A DNA stretch of 64,000 bases from Thalia democratica. Lineage: Eukaryota. Location: NCBI GenBank assembly GCA_965202585.1, contig OZ241827.1, positions 57,970,001-58,034,000 on the forward strand, in the 5' to 3' direction. The notes under the pieces are model-generated. The model did no database searches and was not told where the DNA came from. It saw only the letters and a program-made list of their open reading frames with translations. Both the position numbers and the translations under genes were made by a program. Positions 1 to 14,200 of the stretch are shown here, in pieces (positions within the stretch are counted from its first letter, which is position 1; each line of letters opens with the position of its first letter).

Positions 1-799
1 CGATTAAAGTTATTAAAAATACAATGCCTCTATTGGTGCTTCATAAAAACAATTTCAAAAAAAATTGAAGTTAATGCTATTGAAGCTTATTTCTGAAAGT
101 TATTTTGTTATTAATTTAAATAAAAATTATGTTTTAAACCAAAAAATATCTCAAAGTTTACTACTGTTTTTACAACAGAAATTAGTTTATGCGATTAGAT
201 AACTTGTAATATTTTTGATTGTTGTGTTTAAATAAAAATAAAAGTTAAGCACTAAATAAATTCAAGTTTATGTAAACGTCACGTGATAAAGTTACATGTG
301 ACAAACACGTGTTTTATGTGTTGTTTTTAATCTGTTTTAAAACGAAATATTTATAAGAAAACAGTTTCCAAAAATTATCTTTTTTAAGCTTTTTCAGTAA
401 GTATATTTTAATTTTAATAGTTAATACTTTTAGTTAAAACAAAAATTAACAACCTTGTCTATATCAATTTATATAGCTAATTTCAGATTACACGTTGCTA
501 ATACAGTAACTTGCTATGTTAAGTATGCAATTCTTTAGTAATAACAGCCGATATGGCACGCACTTTTTAGCCGAAAAACGCTGTGTTCAAAAGACTTTTT
601 TTAGAATTTAAAAACGTACTAAGATTACCAATACAGAATTACTTAGTTATAACATAAAATATACTTTTTTAATTTACGTTAGTTAAAACTAAAGTAACCA
701 GAAATAAGTAATGAAATTTATTATTATATCTTAAATCCAATATTTAAAACAAACATACTGAAGTCTATTTATTTAACGACAATAATGAACAGAGTAATT

Positions 800-1130
800 T
801 AGACTTTCATAACCTACGATTTAAACATAGGAATAAAAAAATTAGATAAATGAAAATAATGAACACTTCATTTGGCATCTACATATCCAATGATTAAAAC
901 ATAAATGTAAAATACGTATAAAAATAAAACCTTAAATAACTTTTAGATAAACAAAAACAAGGAACAGTGCAATTTGACATTTATATTCCCATGATTGTAA
1001 AATAAATGTAAAAAGCGTATAAATAAGCGAAATTAACGAAAATAGGAAATAAGGAAATAATATAAAATATGAATATAGCTATTGACATTTTCATAACTTA
1101 TGATTGAAATATAAATTTAAAAATTTTGCT
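800..1130 (+). repeat. Degenerate ~75-105-bp tandem repeat
   Basis: Recurring gacattt.cata…atgatt…ataaatgtaaaa motif near 802, 876, 977 and 1084. Confidence 0.5.
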
Positions 1131-2013
1131 TTAGTAGTCGTTTGTAAACTTTAGTGGTTTTAAACATGTTTGTACAAGGCTTAATGTAAGTAATTATAGA
1201 CAAAAATTTCCTAGGTACGCATTTTTGAGCTGTGTTTAAATTGCGTACCTATTTGGCAGGTAATTGTACTAGCAAACAGTAATGATTTAAGTATAACAGC
1301 AGTTTGATTTTAGAAAAGTATGAAATTAAACAAAATAAAAACAAAACCTACAATTTTATGCTATATAAAAACATAAGAAATACTTTAAATAATACGCAAC
1401 TTTTTAGGATATAAGCAGTTTATTAGGCAGTGAAATAAAGAATAAAAGTAAAAGAACACAAAATATGATTTGTTAATATCTTATATATTGAATATCTTAT
1501 AATCAAAATAAGCTTTAAATTTAGGAAACTAATTATATTCATAATATCATAACTACTGAGATTTAAAGCTCATTTAATTTGCTTATTGTTTGCTTTAAAG
1601 GAAAAGGCTGTTTCGAAAAACAATTAAAAAAACTAAAAAAAAGTCATTTTAAGTAGCAGCACACTAAACAGGAAACACAAGTAAATTTCTATAACTAAGT
1701 TAAATAAGAAACTAATTAGGACTATAACACCTTTTAAAAATTAAAGGCAGTTTTTATAAACTTTAATAGTTAAACTTTCGTCAGAATAAATCTTTAGAAT
1801 GCATTAAAAAAAGCTTCAGCAAGTTTTAATGCTTTCATATATATAAAACGCTTAAAGTGCCATAACTTAAAACTACCATTAACTACAGTTTCATAAACTT
1901 ATATAAATAAAAGTAAAGTAAATTTACATAAATAAAGTATGCTAATGATATTTCTTGGTCATTTCTATAAAATTAAAATTAAATAAAATCTAAATTTTTC
2001 CCTGCACCCTCAC

Positions 2014-2230
2014 AAGTTTTTCGCTGCAGGGGATTCTGTTGCAGGGGGCGGAAACCTGAGGTCGTTTCGTCGCTAGGCAACGCCCCCTGGCGGTCTGCTT
2101 TGGCCTGCCCTTGTAGTAGCAGGCAAGAATTCTCGTTTTTATGCCTTGGCTGCCGCAAGTTGCCGAGCAAACGGACCAGGGACTCGGTCTCCAAACTGGC
2201 TGACATCGGACGTTTGAACAGCTTTGTTTT
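2014..2230 (-). CDS. ADAMTSL1/3: Exon 33: TSR12 end and TSR13, [27 protein letters not shown]…[11 protein letters not shown]
   Basis: 217 nt, phase 2-0, GTGAGG donor (read-through stops after VRVQGKI). Confidence 0.92.
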
Positions 2231-5200
2231 CTGGTTAAAATGCTTTGTTATACCATTTTTAGTTTTTAATTTTCAAAATATTATAATAACAAGAAAGATG
2301 TGAAGTATCTTTCTCGTTAACACAATATACAATGAAATAAACTGGTTTTAATCGTTAATAAATGACGTATTGTTTCTGCAGCTTTATTATTACAAACGTA
2401 CTTTTCTGGTCTCGGCAGGTTTTTGCAGTGGGACTTTTGGACGATTGTCCCGTTGTTAGCCAAGCAGTGGACCTGCCTCAGTTGAATTCCAATTCCGTTT
2501 CCGTAACACTTCTTGCTACACTGTTGATTTGTAACTTAGGTTTCACAAAAAGGTTACTTAGTTAATTTGTTGATAAAAAAGAAAGAACTAAAATACATAT
2601 AAGATTAATTAACCAGCTTTTTTGAACTTTTCTACTGAAGCTGTATCAAAAGTAGAATTCTAAAAAATAGGTGAGTATGATAATTTCAACTCTTCAAAGA
2701 AACAACTGAATCTAACCTGTTTCCATGGTTTTGGCTTCCACCCAGGGCACAAGTTACTGAAACAGGTTTCTTTTTGGGGTGGAAGTTGCTGGTTGCTACG
2801 GCAACTTTCCATGGCAACCTGACGAACAGTTCCGTCTGACATGAGAACCACACAGGATATTCTCCTAAATCTTGTTCCATTTCCGCAATCAACTGAACAC
2901 TTGCTCCATTCGTTTGCGTAATATCTGTAATATTATTTGTTGTTAAAACTTTGTTTCTAATAAAGAGGTATTAAACGGTTGTTGTAGTACTTGTTAAAGA
3001 CTTGAACATAACAAATATTTATGTTACTGCTCTTTAAACATAACATTTTTAAATGAAAATACGTTAAAAAGTACGCAATAGTATAATGCATTAATTTTTG
3101 TGGTTTTAAAATCTTATTGTATGTAGATTTTATGCAACTTGTGAAAAGCCTAAAATTAGTTACAAAATTTAAACATAATGCTTATTGCTAAAAAAAATGT
3201 AAAAAAAAAATTATGAAACAAATTGTAGTTTTAGTTCAAAGTATTCTTTTTACTATAGAAAAATTAAATGCGTTAAAAGTTAAATTAAAGCCAAATATGA
3301 GTGATTAAAAAGTCAGCACTTGACATTAAAGACCAATTATTTCCTGTAAAATTTTTAAATAACATGTTTGAACTCTACCCGCCTAATCTAGGTAAGAATT
3401 TAAATGACCTAAATTCGCTGAAAAATGTCCAAAATGCTATGATTGTTTTTCTAACTTCAATTTTTTTTCATAAATGTTTTTATAGTTCAGTATTTATAAA
3501 GGCATAAAGAAATCGCACGTCATTTTATACGTACTCCGCATGTTTATTAAATATTTTTTTCTAGACATAAATAAAACTTGTTTTTATATTGTTTGTAGAA
3601 CAAAAAATAAAATATTTGTTTGTAATGTACTTGTTTGTATGTTGTTTCAATTAAGTTAAAAAAAAGTACCAACTGTGGCTGACAGTCTCTTCTGTTGCAG
3701 GGCCGGGTTTCAACTTGCGGCTTGGCCACTCCTTTGCAGTACCAATCGTCCACCGTCCTCACCCCGTCTTCTATGCACACCAGCTTGTCAGTGATGGTTC
3801 CCGCGTTCCCGCACTTTGCACTGCATTCCGTCAACCCCTCCTTTCGGTACTTGTATACTGAAAATAAATAAGAAAGTAGTTTTTAGACTTTTTCATAACA
3901 CTTTGTTTTTTTGATCGAAAGTTATACTTTTTACGTTTTATCTTAAAAAAAAATTAATGTAACTTACAATATGTTTCTTTAAAAATTGTTATGAAAAGTA
4001 ATATCAACGGAATAAAGCATAATACGAATTTTTAACAATATCAAAAACATTTAAATTTTATTTATCGTATACGTAAAATGATAGTAAAAAAAACCTTAAA
4101 ATAAAGCGGATAGAGCTTTAAAAATTTGAAGCTTCAAAGTAAACTTACTGGTAATTTTCAGTTGAAGACTAGCATCTGCCGATCCTGCTGTGTTTGTTCC
4201 CTTGCAAGAGTAATCGCCAACTGAAACGTTGTTGAAATTGCTGATTGAAAGAACTTTGTCGTCGTGCATCAGTCTGTATTTTGTCGAATTGTTTGTTGTT
4301 TCTATGGCGTTTCCTTTGAACATCCATTCTATTGTTAGTTCCGGATATCCAGTCAATGGACAACCTTTATGTATCATTAACTAAATTATTTATCTTTATT
4401 GATTGTTAAATAAGTTTAGTCAATAATAAAACCTACCCATCATTACAGTAGTGTTCGCTTTAACTTTGTAAATTGGACTATTATAACCGGTTAATAAAAG
4501 TTCTGGAAGTCCATTCATTTCATTTGGTTTGAGAATTACTCCATCATTTGAAATATGAGGCGGGTCTGTTTGTTTCATAAAGTTTTAATTTTATCTTGAA
4601 AAAGCAATTTTTAAGTTAAATGCAGTCAAATTATATTTACTTTTAAATTATTAGAAGAAATAAATACTCTACAGGTATTGTATAGAGTTTAAATATTGTA
4701 GTAAATGTTGTAATTTATTGTTTAAGGTAACAGTATGAAGTCTCACTGACATAAACATTTAATTAAAAGCTTGTTAAGTTTAAGCAAGAGAGAAGTTTCG
4801 GGCCATAAAAAACTTTGTTCGAACCTAACTACTGTTTAATTTCTGATAATTGATGCAATGGTTTAACTATATTTAAATGCTTCATTTCTTAATTTAACAT
4901 ATAACTTCCTTTTGAAAGCAAATTAGTTCTCGTTTAAATATTGTTAAATTTATAAAAATTAGTACTTGATTGTGGTTTTACATTATATGTTTTTAAAGAG
5001 TTATTAATAATTTCAACTTTTAAAAGTTAAAAACTTTACTCACCGACAATTTCTAGTATAGTTGCTTGGTAAGAGCTACCAAAAGGGTTTGTTGCTAAGC
5101 AACTGAAATGTCCCGTATCAGCCAAAGTGGTGGGAAATATTTCCAAAGAATTGTCGATTAAAATTTGCGAGTTTCTTTGAAGACCGTTGACGTCTTTGTT

Positions 5201-8200
5201 CCATTGAACAAATGGTTCTGGTGAGCCTGTAACGTTTATTTTTAATAAAACATAAAACTTGTCATGAAATAAAAAATTTGTCTTTTATATCTTCAACAAA
5301 CTTTGAAATTAATCAATGTTTCTACTGTGTGATTTTAATAAAACACCACTGTTAAAAATTCAACGTTGCTATACATTCAATGTACAAATTAGATATCAAT
5401 TTAATTTTAAACTACAATAGCAGCTGCTTTGGGTGTAATTTTCATTATTTTTGACGTAATGTACAAAATGAAAACTCGTAAAGTGTATGTAATACAACTT
5501 GCGTATTTCTTAATTAAAGATAGTCTGGCGGAAGTTTTGTAATTCTTTGACTTAAGTTCTAAATCTTGCAAGTTTGCAGACTTAATTCAATTACGTGAAA
5601 GTATGATTTGAATTATGAAGTATTTAGTGTATTCAGAAAGCTTAAAGTTAATGTAAAGCTTGCTACTTTTATATTTAAAAAACATTTTATAAACACTTTA
5701 AATAAGTTAGTTAATACTAAAATTAGCCGTTTGAAACAAAGTGAATATTTTAAAACTATAAATAATATTTCACTTTATTAACCTCTGGTCGGGCATCTGA
5801 TAACAACGCGGGTCCCTAATCTCGCCCTGACATGCGACCCAACTGTCACTGTCAAGTCCATGGACACAAAATCGTCAACACCTCTGGTCGTGGACAGAAT
5901 CTTGGGTTTGTTGGTGACTGACAGTGAAACCATTCGGCTGTCGTTTCCCCACTGATTGGTTGCCATGCAAACGTAGTTACCAGCGTCTGACGTTTCCGGG
6001 GTGAAAATTCTCAGGGATCCATCACCGAGCTTGATCATTCTGTTTGATTATTTTCTATGTTTAATTATGAACGATTAAAAATTAAAAACTGATTCAAGGG
6101 GTTAAAAGACTGTTTAATTTTTACAATTCTACTTTTTTTATTGTAACGAGACACATCTCAAAAAGTAACTGAACTTTATATAAAAATTAAAAATGCTCGT
6201 ATAGGTCTAACTTATTATATTATAATGGTAAAACGGCTCGAAATAAATGATAAATAAAAATAAAGATATAAATATTTTGACATCCATATTTTACTAAGTT
6301 TTGAAACTTCTTTTAATCCTATATCAAACAAAAAAGAAACTAATGTGCATATAGGTCTTATTAATAAGTTCACAATATTATAAAAATAAATTAGTATTTA
6401 AAAAAAGACTTAACTTAAAATATCCAATATCAAATGAATTCAGTTTTCGGGTTTTCAATTACCAGGCTTTTAAAAATCGTGTATCCATTCCAAGTAGTAT
6501 AAAAAATGTTAAACAAAAAAACTGTAAAAATAATAAATCAAACCTATCATTATTTCTTATTTCGTGTCCGTCTTTCATCCATTTCACTTCAATAGGGAAT
6601 TCCCCTGTAACCTCGCAAAAAATGGTCACCCGCCGCGACCCAACTACCACCACCGACCCTCCGACGTTGACTATGACGTCATCATTGTACTGAAGGGGGT
6701 CGATTGTCGGCGCAACGTGGATAGATGGCGCCTTTTTCACCCCGTTTTCGTCGGTAGGGGGAGGCGTTGTCGTGACAACCACAGTGGATTGTTTCGAGTC
6801 CAACGGAAGATGCTTTCGTTCTCTGTAGCCTAAAATTAAATTTAAGTTTGAGAAACAGAATATAAAGTATTATGTGTGTTACGTCGAAAGCTAGTTAATA
6901 AAATCAAAAAAAAAACAGATTTATTAGAATTTTTTAATAGCATGAAGTTATTGAAACATTTAATATCAGTTTTTCTAAAAGTTTTAGTAAAAAATTTTAA
7001 GAATTTAATAATCAAAAATAATTGTAAATATTTAATTTGAATAACCTAAAAAGTCAGTTTTAGCAGGCACAATCTCTTGTAGTTGGACGACGCTGTAATC
7101 GTTGATTATGTGAGGTTTCTTTCTAAATACCTTCTTCTTCACAGCTTTAATACCAGCTGCGAGCTTCAGATGCTGCAAATGTTAAAAGTTGAAACGCGAA
7201 GTTGTGTGTACACATGGAATTTTAATACAATTAACTTGTACGATGGAAGTCGCTCCTATGCTAAGAATTTACTGAACAGATATTTAAACTTATTCGGTCG
7301 TGTTGTTACAAACTCAAAAAAAAATATTACCTAATGATTTTTGAAAGTAAAATATTTTAATACTAATTTATAGCAAGTGTTTTAAAATTAAAGGCAACTT
7401 TTTATTTCTTTATGTAACAATCGACAATTAAAAGTCAAAAACTTTTCTATCGCTGTACTTGGTAATGGATTGTTGAAAAGCTTGACCCCCTTCTTGCAAA
7501 TGGTTCTCTTTGACTTGCACTAAACCTTTATGTGATCTGCTGGCAGCTCCTAAAGGTTAATTAGGTACAAGTTAATCTTTTAAATTTTTGATTAATTGCT
7601 TTTCATGTTCCTACAAGCGTTGTCATGCAATGTAAAGCTGTCATACGTAAAGTGACAATATTATTTACTTTTGAACTACTGCATACTTTTATAAAGCTAA
7701 GCTTTTTTATAATTTTCTACTAATAATAGCTGAGAAAAATACTATACAGTTCTTATTTAAACCAAAAGTTTTAACATAATATGAAACTTTTTATTATTAT
7801 AAATTTCTTCAAATATTTTGTTAAATTAGTGTTACAAATTAAGTTAAACTTTGAGGTTTTGTTAGGTTACAAAGGGTTACGTAATTCAAAAGCTCGTTTA
7901 AACCATGTTAAGTGAATGAATTTAAAGAGAAACAATAACTGATAATGCGTTTTTAAGAACTTTTTTACAAACCCGCTTTAGAAAGCTCTTAAATTTTTTA
8001 TTTATAATGCAGTTTTCATTAAAAACATTGTATATCATTTATCAGCATGTAAATCACGTTTTTAATTAAAATAATAAATTTTCGAGAAGCTGCTGTTTGC
8101 TTTAATTGAACCGTACACAAAATTACAAATGACGTAATTTGTATACACAAAGAGCTGATTCAGAAATATACTGAAGTCAAATGTTTTTTCCCAATCTTTA

Positions 8201-11200
8201 ATTTAAATAACTACTGAATTTTCAAGCTAACTTAATTTTTGACATTTTAAAAAGCATCTAAGCGGTATTAAAATAGATTAAACTATTATTAAGGTAGTTT
8301 AGTAACAAAATTATAATTAAAAATAAAAATTGTTTTACTAACTCAGCCCTAAAACGCAAAAACAGTCACAAATTTTAATTAAGTTAGTTTAAATTTTGCT
8401 TTTAAAAATCAATTTTATTAAAAGGTAATAAAGTGTAAACAATTTAAATAAACTTTTGTTGATAAGAACGAGCAGCCTGCTCCTTCCCTGTCCTCCCTGG
8501 CACTTCACCATCTGCCTCCTCCTCATCCTGATCTTGCTCATCTTCAGGTTGCCCCCCTTCGTCACCATCACCTTCCCCCGCCTTCTCTTCACCCTCCGCT
8601 TGTTGACAAACCACGCGTGTTTTGATGGCGCACCGCTGAGTAAAAATAGATTTAATTAGCTGAAAAAAAAACATTTAGGACCGCCTCAATGTAAAAATAG
8701 CTTTAATTAGCTCCAAAAGGAAGACTGATGTCCGAAAATATCGCCCAATAACCAAACATTACAAAATTTTCACTACAAAACTCATTATAGCGATATGTGA
8801 CTCCTTTGAAGCCAAAATAGCAAAAGTTATTTGCAAATATTTGTTTATTTTAAAATTTAAAACTAGGCCACCGTCTGAAGTTTTCGGGTAAACAGGAGGC
8901 GAAATTTCCTCTGATTGATGTCACCTTGTTTGCCCACTTGCCATCAAATCGTCAAATGAGCAAACAAAGCGGCAGATAATCAAAGCTAATTGCCTTCATC
9001 GTTCTCTCCCATTTGCCGATAAGTAAACTTTATTTTGTAGCGCATTGACCTTGAACGTGACGGTGTTTATTGTTTGCATTAAAACTCACTTTTTGAAGCT
9101 GCACTTGGCGATGATGGTTGTTCCAGGGATGACGAAGGCCTTCAGCGGGAGGGTCAGTTGGAGGGGGGTTTTTCTTGCCGATTTTTGCACGAATACTCTC
9201 AGCCCTCCGTTGATCTTGGTCGGGTTGGGCCTTCTTTGGATGATTGTTTGCCCTTCTTGATTCGAAGCTGTAAAATACTTAATTAGAACAATATACAAAT
9301 TACTAAGACGTAGAAGACTTCAAAAGGTAATGAATTATATTTAATTAGACACAAGGTTGACTCACCCAAGCTGGACATACATTTCCTGTGCAGTGAGCAA
9401 CTCCTTTTCGCCGGAAGTGCTTTCAGGTTTTTGCAGTAAATCGATTTCGCACTAATTTTGTGCCAATTTCCGTTTTTCATGTACATGCAGACAACTTTTC
9501 TTGTTTGCCAACCTTTTCGTAACTTTGTGCAGTCGCCTTTGCACTAAAAAAAGATTTTAGCTGTGCATTTTTGAGTTTTTGAAAGTCATTAAAAAAGTAA
9601 ATTAACAAAGATAATGTTATTTATGAGTTATAGTAATAAATGCTCAGTAGTAACATTTTTATATACAATATTTTAAAAACTGTTTTAATTGTTGCTAATT
9701 ATGTCAATTACAAGCAAGATACTTATTAAATTAAAAAATATACATACTTCACTCCAATCTTCCGCAGTGAATTTCGGTTCGCACTCTTTAACTTTGCACT
9801 TTCTTCTTGTCAATCGATACGGTTTGTTCTGCGAACAGTATTTTGAAGGCACCTGAATCAATTTGCCTGTACCTGTTCTTTGCTTGCACAGGAACGAAAT
9901 TTCATGAAACCCGTTGCCACATTGCTCAGAACACTGAAATGTATTACTTTTTTTCAATGAAAAATTCTCAAAATAGGTGAGTAGACTAAATTACTTGGCT
10001 AAGCTCAATGAATGGTCTTAGTCTTTTTACCTTGTCAAATGTTCAGATCTCGCTTAAATTGGTTTAATAATCTAAGAAAAAAATCTTACTATCAAGAATA
10101 TATTTGGTATGTTAATAGGCTTACAAGACTAACCTTCCCGAGACCAGACTTCATCCAGACAGGGGGACAGGTGGCAAACCCGCAAGGTTCAACCGACTGA
10201 GGTTTTGGGTTTGGGCACATGATTTCAGGCATGACGTCATCGTTGGTGACGTGGTGAGTGGAATTTTCAGGCATGAATTTGCACGTGACAGATCTTTTTC
10301 TGATCCCTCTGCCGCACATTTTCGAGCACGAACCATACTGACCTATTTCCCATCTGAAAAATTATTTGAAGGTTTTTAATATATTTTTAGTTTAATATAT
10401 TATTTTAAAGTTATTATAAGGAGAGCCTATTGAAAATATTAAAAACAGTTTAATTTAACTTACTTTTTATTTTTATTTATCAAAAATGTTACTTTAAAGG
10501 CTATGTCTTAATTATAAACATAGATACATTCAGTTTTTTTAAAGACACTAGTATAATAACTATTAAAAATTCAAACTATATCATTTAGTTTTTTTTTTCT
10601 AATCAAGTTTTAATGAAATTTTTTAGTTATGTTTAGATAAAAACAAATAAACTTATTTCATACAAACATACCAAATCAGATTTTTTTATTTAAATTCAGC
10701 TTAAGTATGAAAAACCCCAAAACGAAGTGACATCAAAAATTACTTTGAACAGGTAAACTTGTTTTATAATTATTAAATGCTTTATTACACTATCGGCTCG
10801 TTTGTAGCTTATGCAAACATTAATTTTATAATAAGTATTTTAAAGTTTAATGAGTTTATGCGAAGAAAACATTTTAAAATTTACTGAAATTAATCCTCTA
10901 TATAAACAAGTTGTGAAGTGTGTTTTTTTCTCATGTACTACTTTGTTGGTTGTTATTGTATTTTAGCATTTCTAATTACATTAAACTTTTATGTTAAGCG
11001 TATAACTTCCCTCATTTATAACATGATGCTAAAATGATATCACAGTAAAAAGTTTTCATTTGACACTATAAAAACCTTGTAGCAATCAAGTTTTTTATTT
11101 GGTACAACATAATTATTTTAAAGTTAAATAGTTATGACAATACTAAAAACTGTTTAGAATTGTTTCTTAAAGGTACTAACCTAATTGGGATACTTTGACA

Positions 11201-14200
11201 GGGTCCAATAGCAACTAAAAAAACTGCTAGGTAAAAATAATAAGTACTTAAAAAGATTATGTTTGTTTTATACATAACATTCCGAAACTGCTAAATATAA
11301 GTAAAGTTAGTTTGTTTTATTTTCAACTAAAACTTCAATTTAAAAAACATTAAATAAGTTATTTCTATGCAAAGTAGTAGTTATAGAACACTTTCTAAAA
11401 ATATATACTTGTTCCAAAAACGTTTAAAAGTACTAAGCTGTTTTTTATCACGATATAAAAGTTTAAAAAAAAAACCATGATATATAGAATACGAAGTTAA
11501 ATTGCAAACCAAAACAAACCAAACTAGTTTTAAATTCAAAAACATTTCTCTGACCTTGTAAACAACAAAGTTAACAGTATTTAGTGAAAATAATATTTTT
11601 GATTTTAATACACTACAGCTTCTTTGTTTAACAATCCTTATATAGACAGACTGCAACCTTTTCTGCAGAAAGCTTAGATCAAAGTTGTCATAAAATTCAC
11701 CACTACTTGAAATTGAATTGACATCATAATGAATATGCTTTCGTGTCTATGCAATTTTATAAACTCATTCAAAATAAAATTTTATTGTTTTTAGTCTCGT
11801 GTAAACAGCTTACATCACTATATTCATGCAGTTGTCATTGAAAAATGTTTTGAGAATTTTTTTAATTAAAATCGCCACAAAACTTTGAAAAGGTCAGTTG
11901 AAAATTGTATGAAATATGAGTAAGTTTTTTTAATAAGAAGGTATTTATATTTAGATTTCAAACTTTTCACACGAAATTGTAATGTTGACAGAAAACAAAA
12001 ACATTGACGAATACAATGTGTTACTAAATCTGTCTGTCATAAACTTCAGCTTTAAATGAAATTGTTTCAGCTTAAGTCTGGTTCAAAGGTAAAATGCTAC
12101 TTTTAAACCTCAAGCTTTAAATTTGATTAAAAAACTTAAAAGTAAAACGTAGTTACTAAAAATATATCATTCTCCAATGAAGTCTTTTGAATCTTTCTTT
12201 TATATCCTGGAAACAAAAACAACTGAAATATCACATAAAACAATGAAAATTTTGTTTCTTAAATATGAACATTCGCAAAAATTAAAATTATACTAAATAA
12301 TTTTTTTAAGAACAAAGTACCTACAAAAAGTATTTTAAAATTTTCTATTTTTTTTATTTTTGCAACAAAATATCTATTGTACTATTTTAACATCATTTAA
12401 TACTAATTCAGTTTAATCAAGTGCAATAATTAAATAGTTTTGAGCACTGAGACTGATTTGAAATTTCTACTAAAAAAATTCGGCATCAAAATAATTCTGC
12501 AACATGTTCTCACAACTTTATATACCTTGCTATTCTAACAAAGTCTGCGGCAACTGAACGTTCAAACGATACACAAAACGTAGTTATTGCTGTTTAAAAA
12601 CGTTGCAAACGCTTTCACCTTTTTCTGTGTCTAAAACCCAAAGCAAACACGAGTTGAATGGCGAAGAACAAACGATTTCAATAAATATTTGCTTATGTTT
12701 GTTATAATTCTCCACAATTTTTTGTTTTTATTTGCACTTTCACTCATTTCCGAACTACACCACTTCACTGCCTACGTTAAAACTTTTAAAACTTTTCACA
12801 AGCTTCTGTACACGGGTAATTCTGCGTAGAATCACAAGCACAGGGCTGTTTGTACAGTGAAGCCGTCTTGACTGGGCTTAATGCCGGAAACGCGTTTTGT
12901 TTGGTTAGGAAAGTGCGCATTTGGTGTCGTAAATGTGTCTTTTATTTTTGTTTGGAAATTCGACCGGTCTCATTTTTATGTTCGTGAAGCGTTTGTTGTA
13001 TACGCTTTTCTTTATGTAAATAAAATTTACCTACGAAAACAGTTTTTATAGGTAAAACGTAAATGCTCTGCTTATGAAGAAGCTATATTTATACTTCTGA
13101 AACGTCATACAATTTACAATTTTAACATAAGCGCCAACATTAAAGAACTTTTCAGAAAGCACAAAGAGTTGAAAAAATTTATGGAGAAAAAATAATTAAA
13201 AAATATATATTTTGTCTCAATTATGATTTAAGTTTAATACTGTAAATAGTTTTAAATAACTATTATATACTCTATGCAAAGAACTAAAATTAAACCGTAG
13301 TAACATCAGTGTAATAAAGACAAAGTTCAACATTAATAATCCGGCTTATTCATTTTTTCAACTGGCCGTTTCTGCACAGCAGTTTTAAAACTTTCAGAAC
13401 CGGAGAGCGCATTAAAATACTAGCGAGCGCAGCCGACCGCATTGAGTTGTGAAATCAACAACTCTCACGCCGATTCGCATGAGCGGTCACCGGCGCAAAC
13501 ACAAAGTGGTGGGGATTTGTTCTCTGTGGTGTCAGAACAGCGTCTCGTCGGTTGATTAAGCCGCGCTAATTCGTTGCACTGGAGTGATGGATCACATCAG
13601 TATAAATACATCATACCGCTTCCTATACAAACGAAATCGACCTTATATGCCACAATGCAGTTGTAATACTGCCGTTCATAAACAGTATCCTGCGCATGAC
13701 AGTTTCGTAATAAACAAACCGTACTCATAATAACTTAATGGATGGTACTTTTTTGCTGAGTTTGAACGGATAAGAACGTCGTTGATGACGATTTAATTTT
13801 AAATAACAATAAAATTATGGAAATCAGTGATTTTTAGTTCTTTTAAAATTTTCTTAACACTAAATGTTAGTGCGGTATCTTTTTTGAATAAATTTTATAT
13901 AATATTTATAACAGTTCTTTTTTGAAATCGGAATTACAGTAAACTTAAGTTAAAAGGAGCTCACATTTAAAAATATAAGCTTGAATATTTTTTTTTTAGT
14001 TTTTCTTTCATTTTGAATTAATAACTTTAGTATATCAACTATGAAAATAAATTTTATTTAGAAATTTCAGTTTTTAATGTTTCCAAAATGCAAAAAAAAA
14101 AGAAAAACTTTAATCATTTTAAACAGCACTAGTTGAAGTTATTTAATCTAATAACTAAATAATTAATAAATCTGAATAAAGTATTATAAAACATGACTTA

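Noticed and set aside
1280-1700. CC-containing short frames (KSNCCYT*, CVSCLVCCYLK*) as the PLAC exon
   Set aside because: They are too short, are bounded by stops, and lack the six-Cys spacing.
8444-8674. Highly acidic ORF (…[31 protein letters not shown]…) overlapping exon 22
   Set aside because: It is a shifted frame of a purine-rich Arg/Lys exon. Only the basic frame keeps the Ig Trp/Cys and fits both flanking phases.
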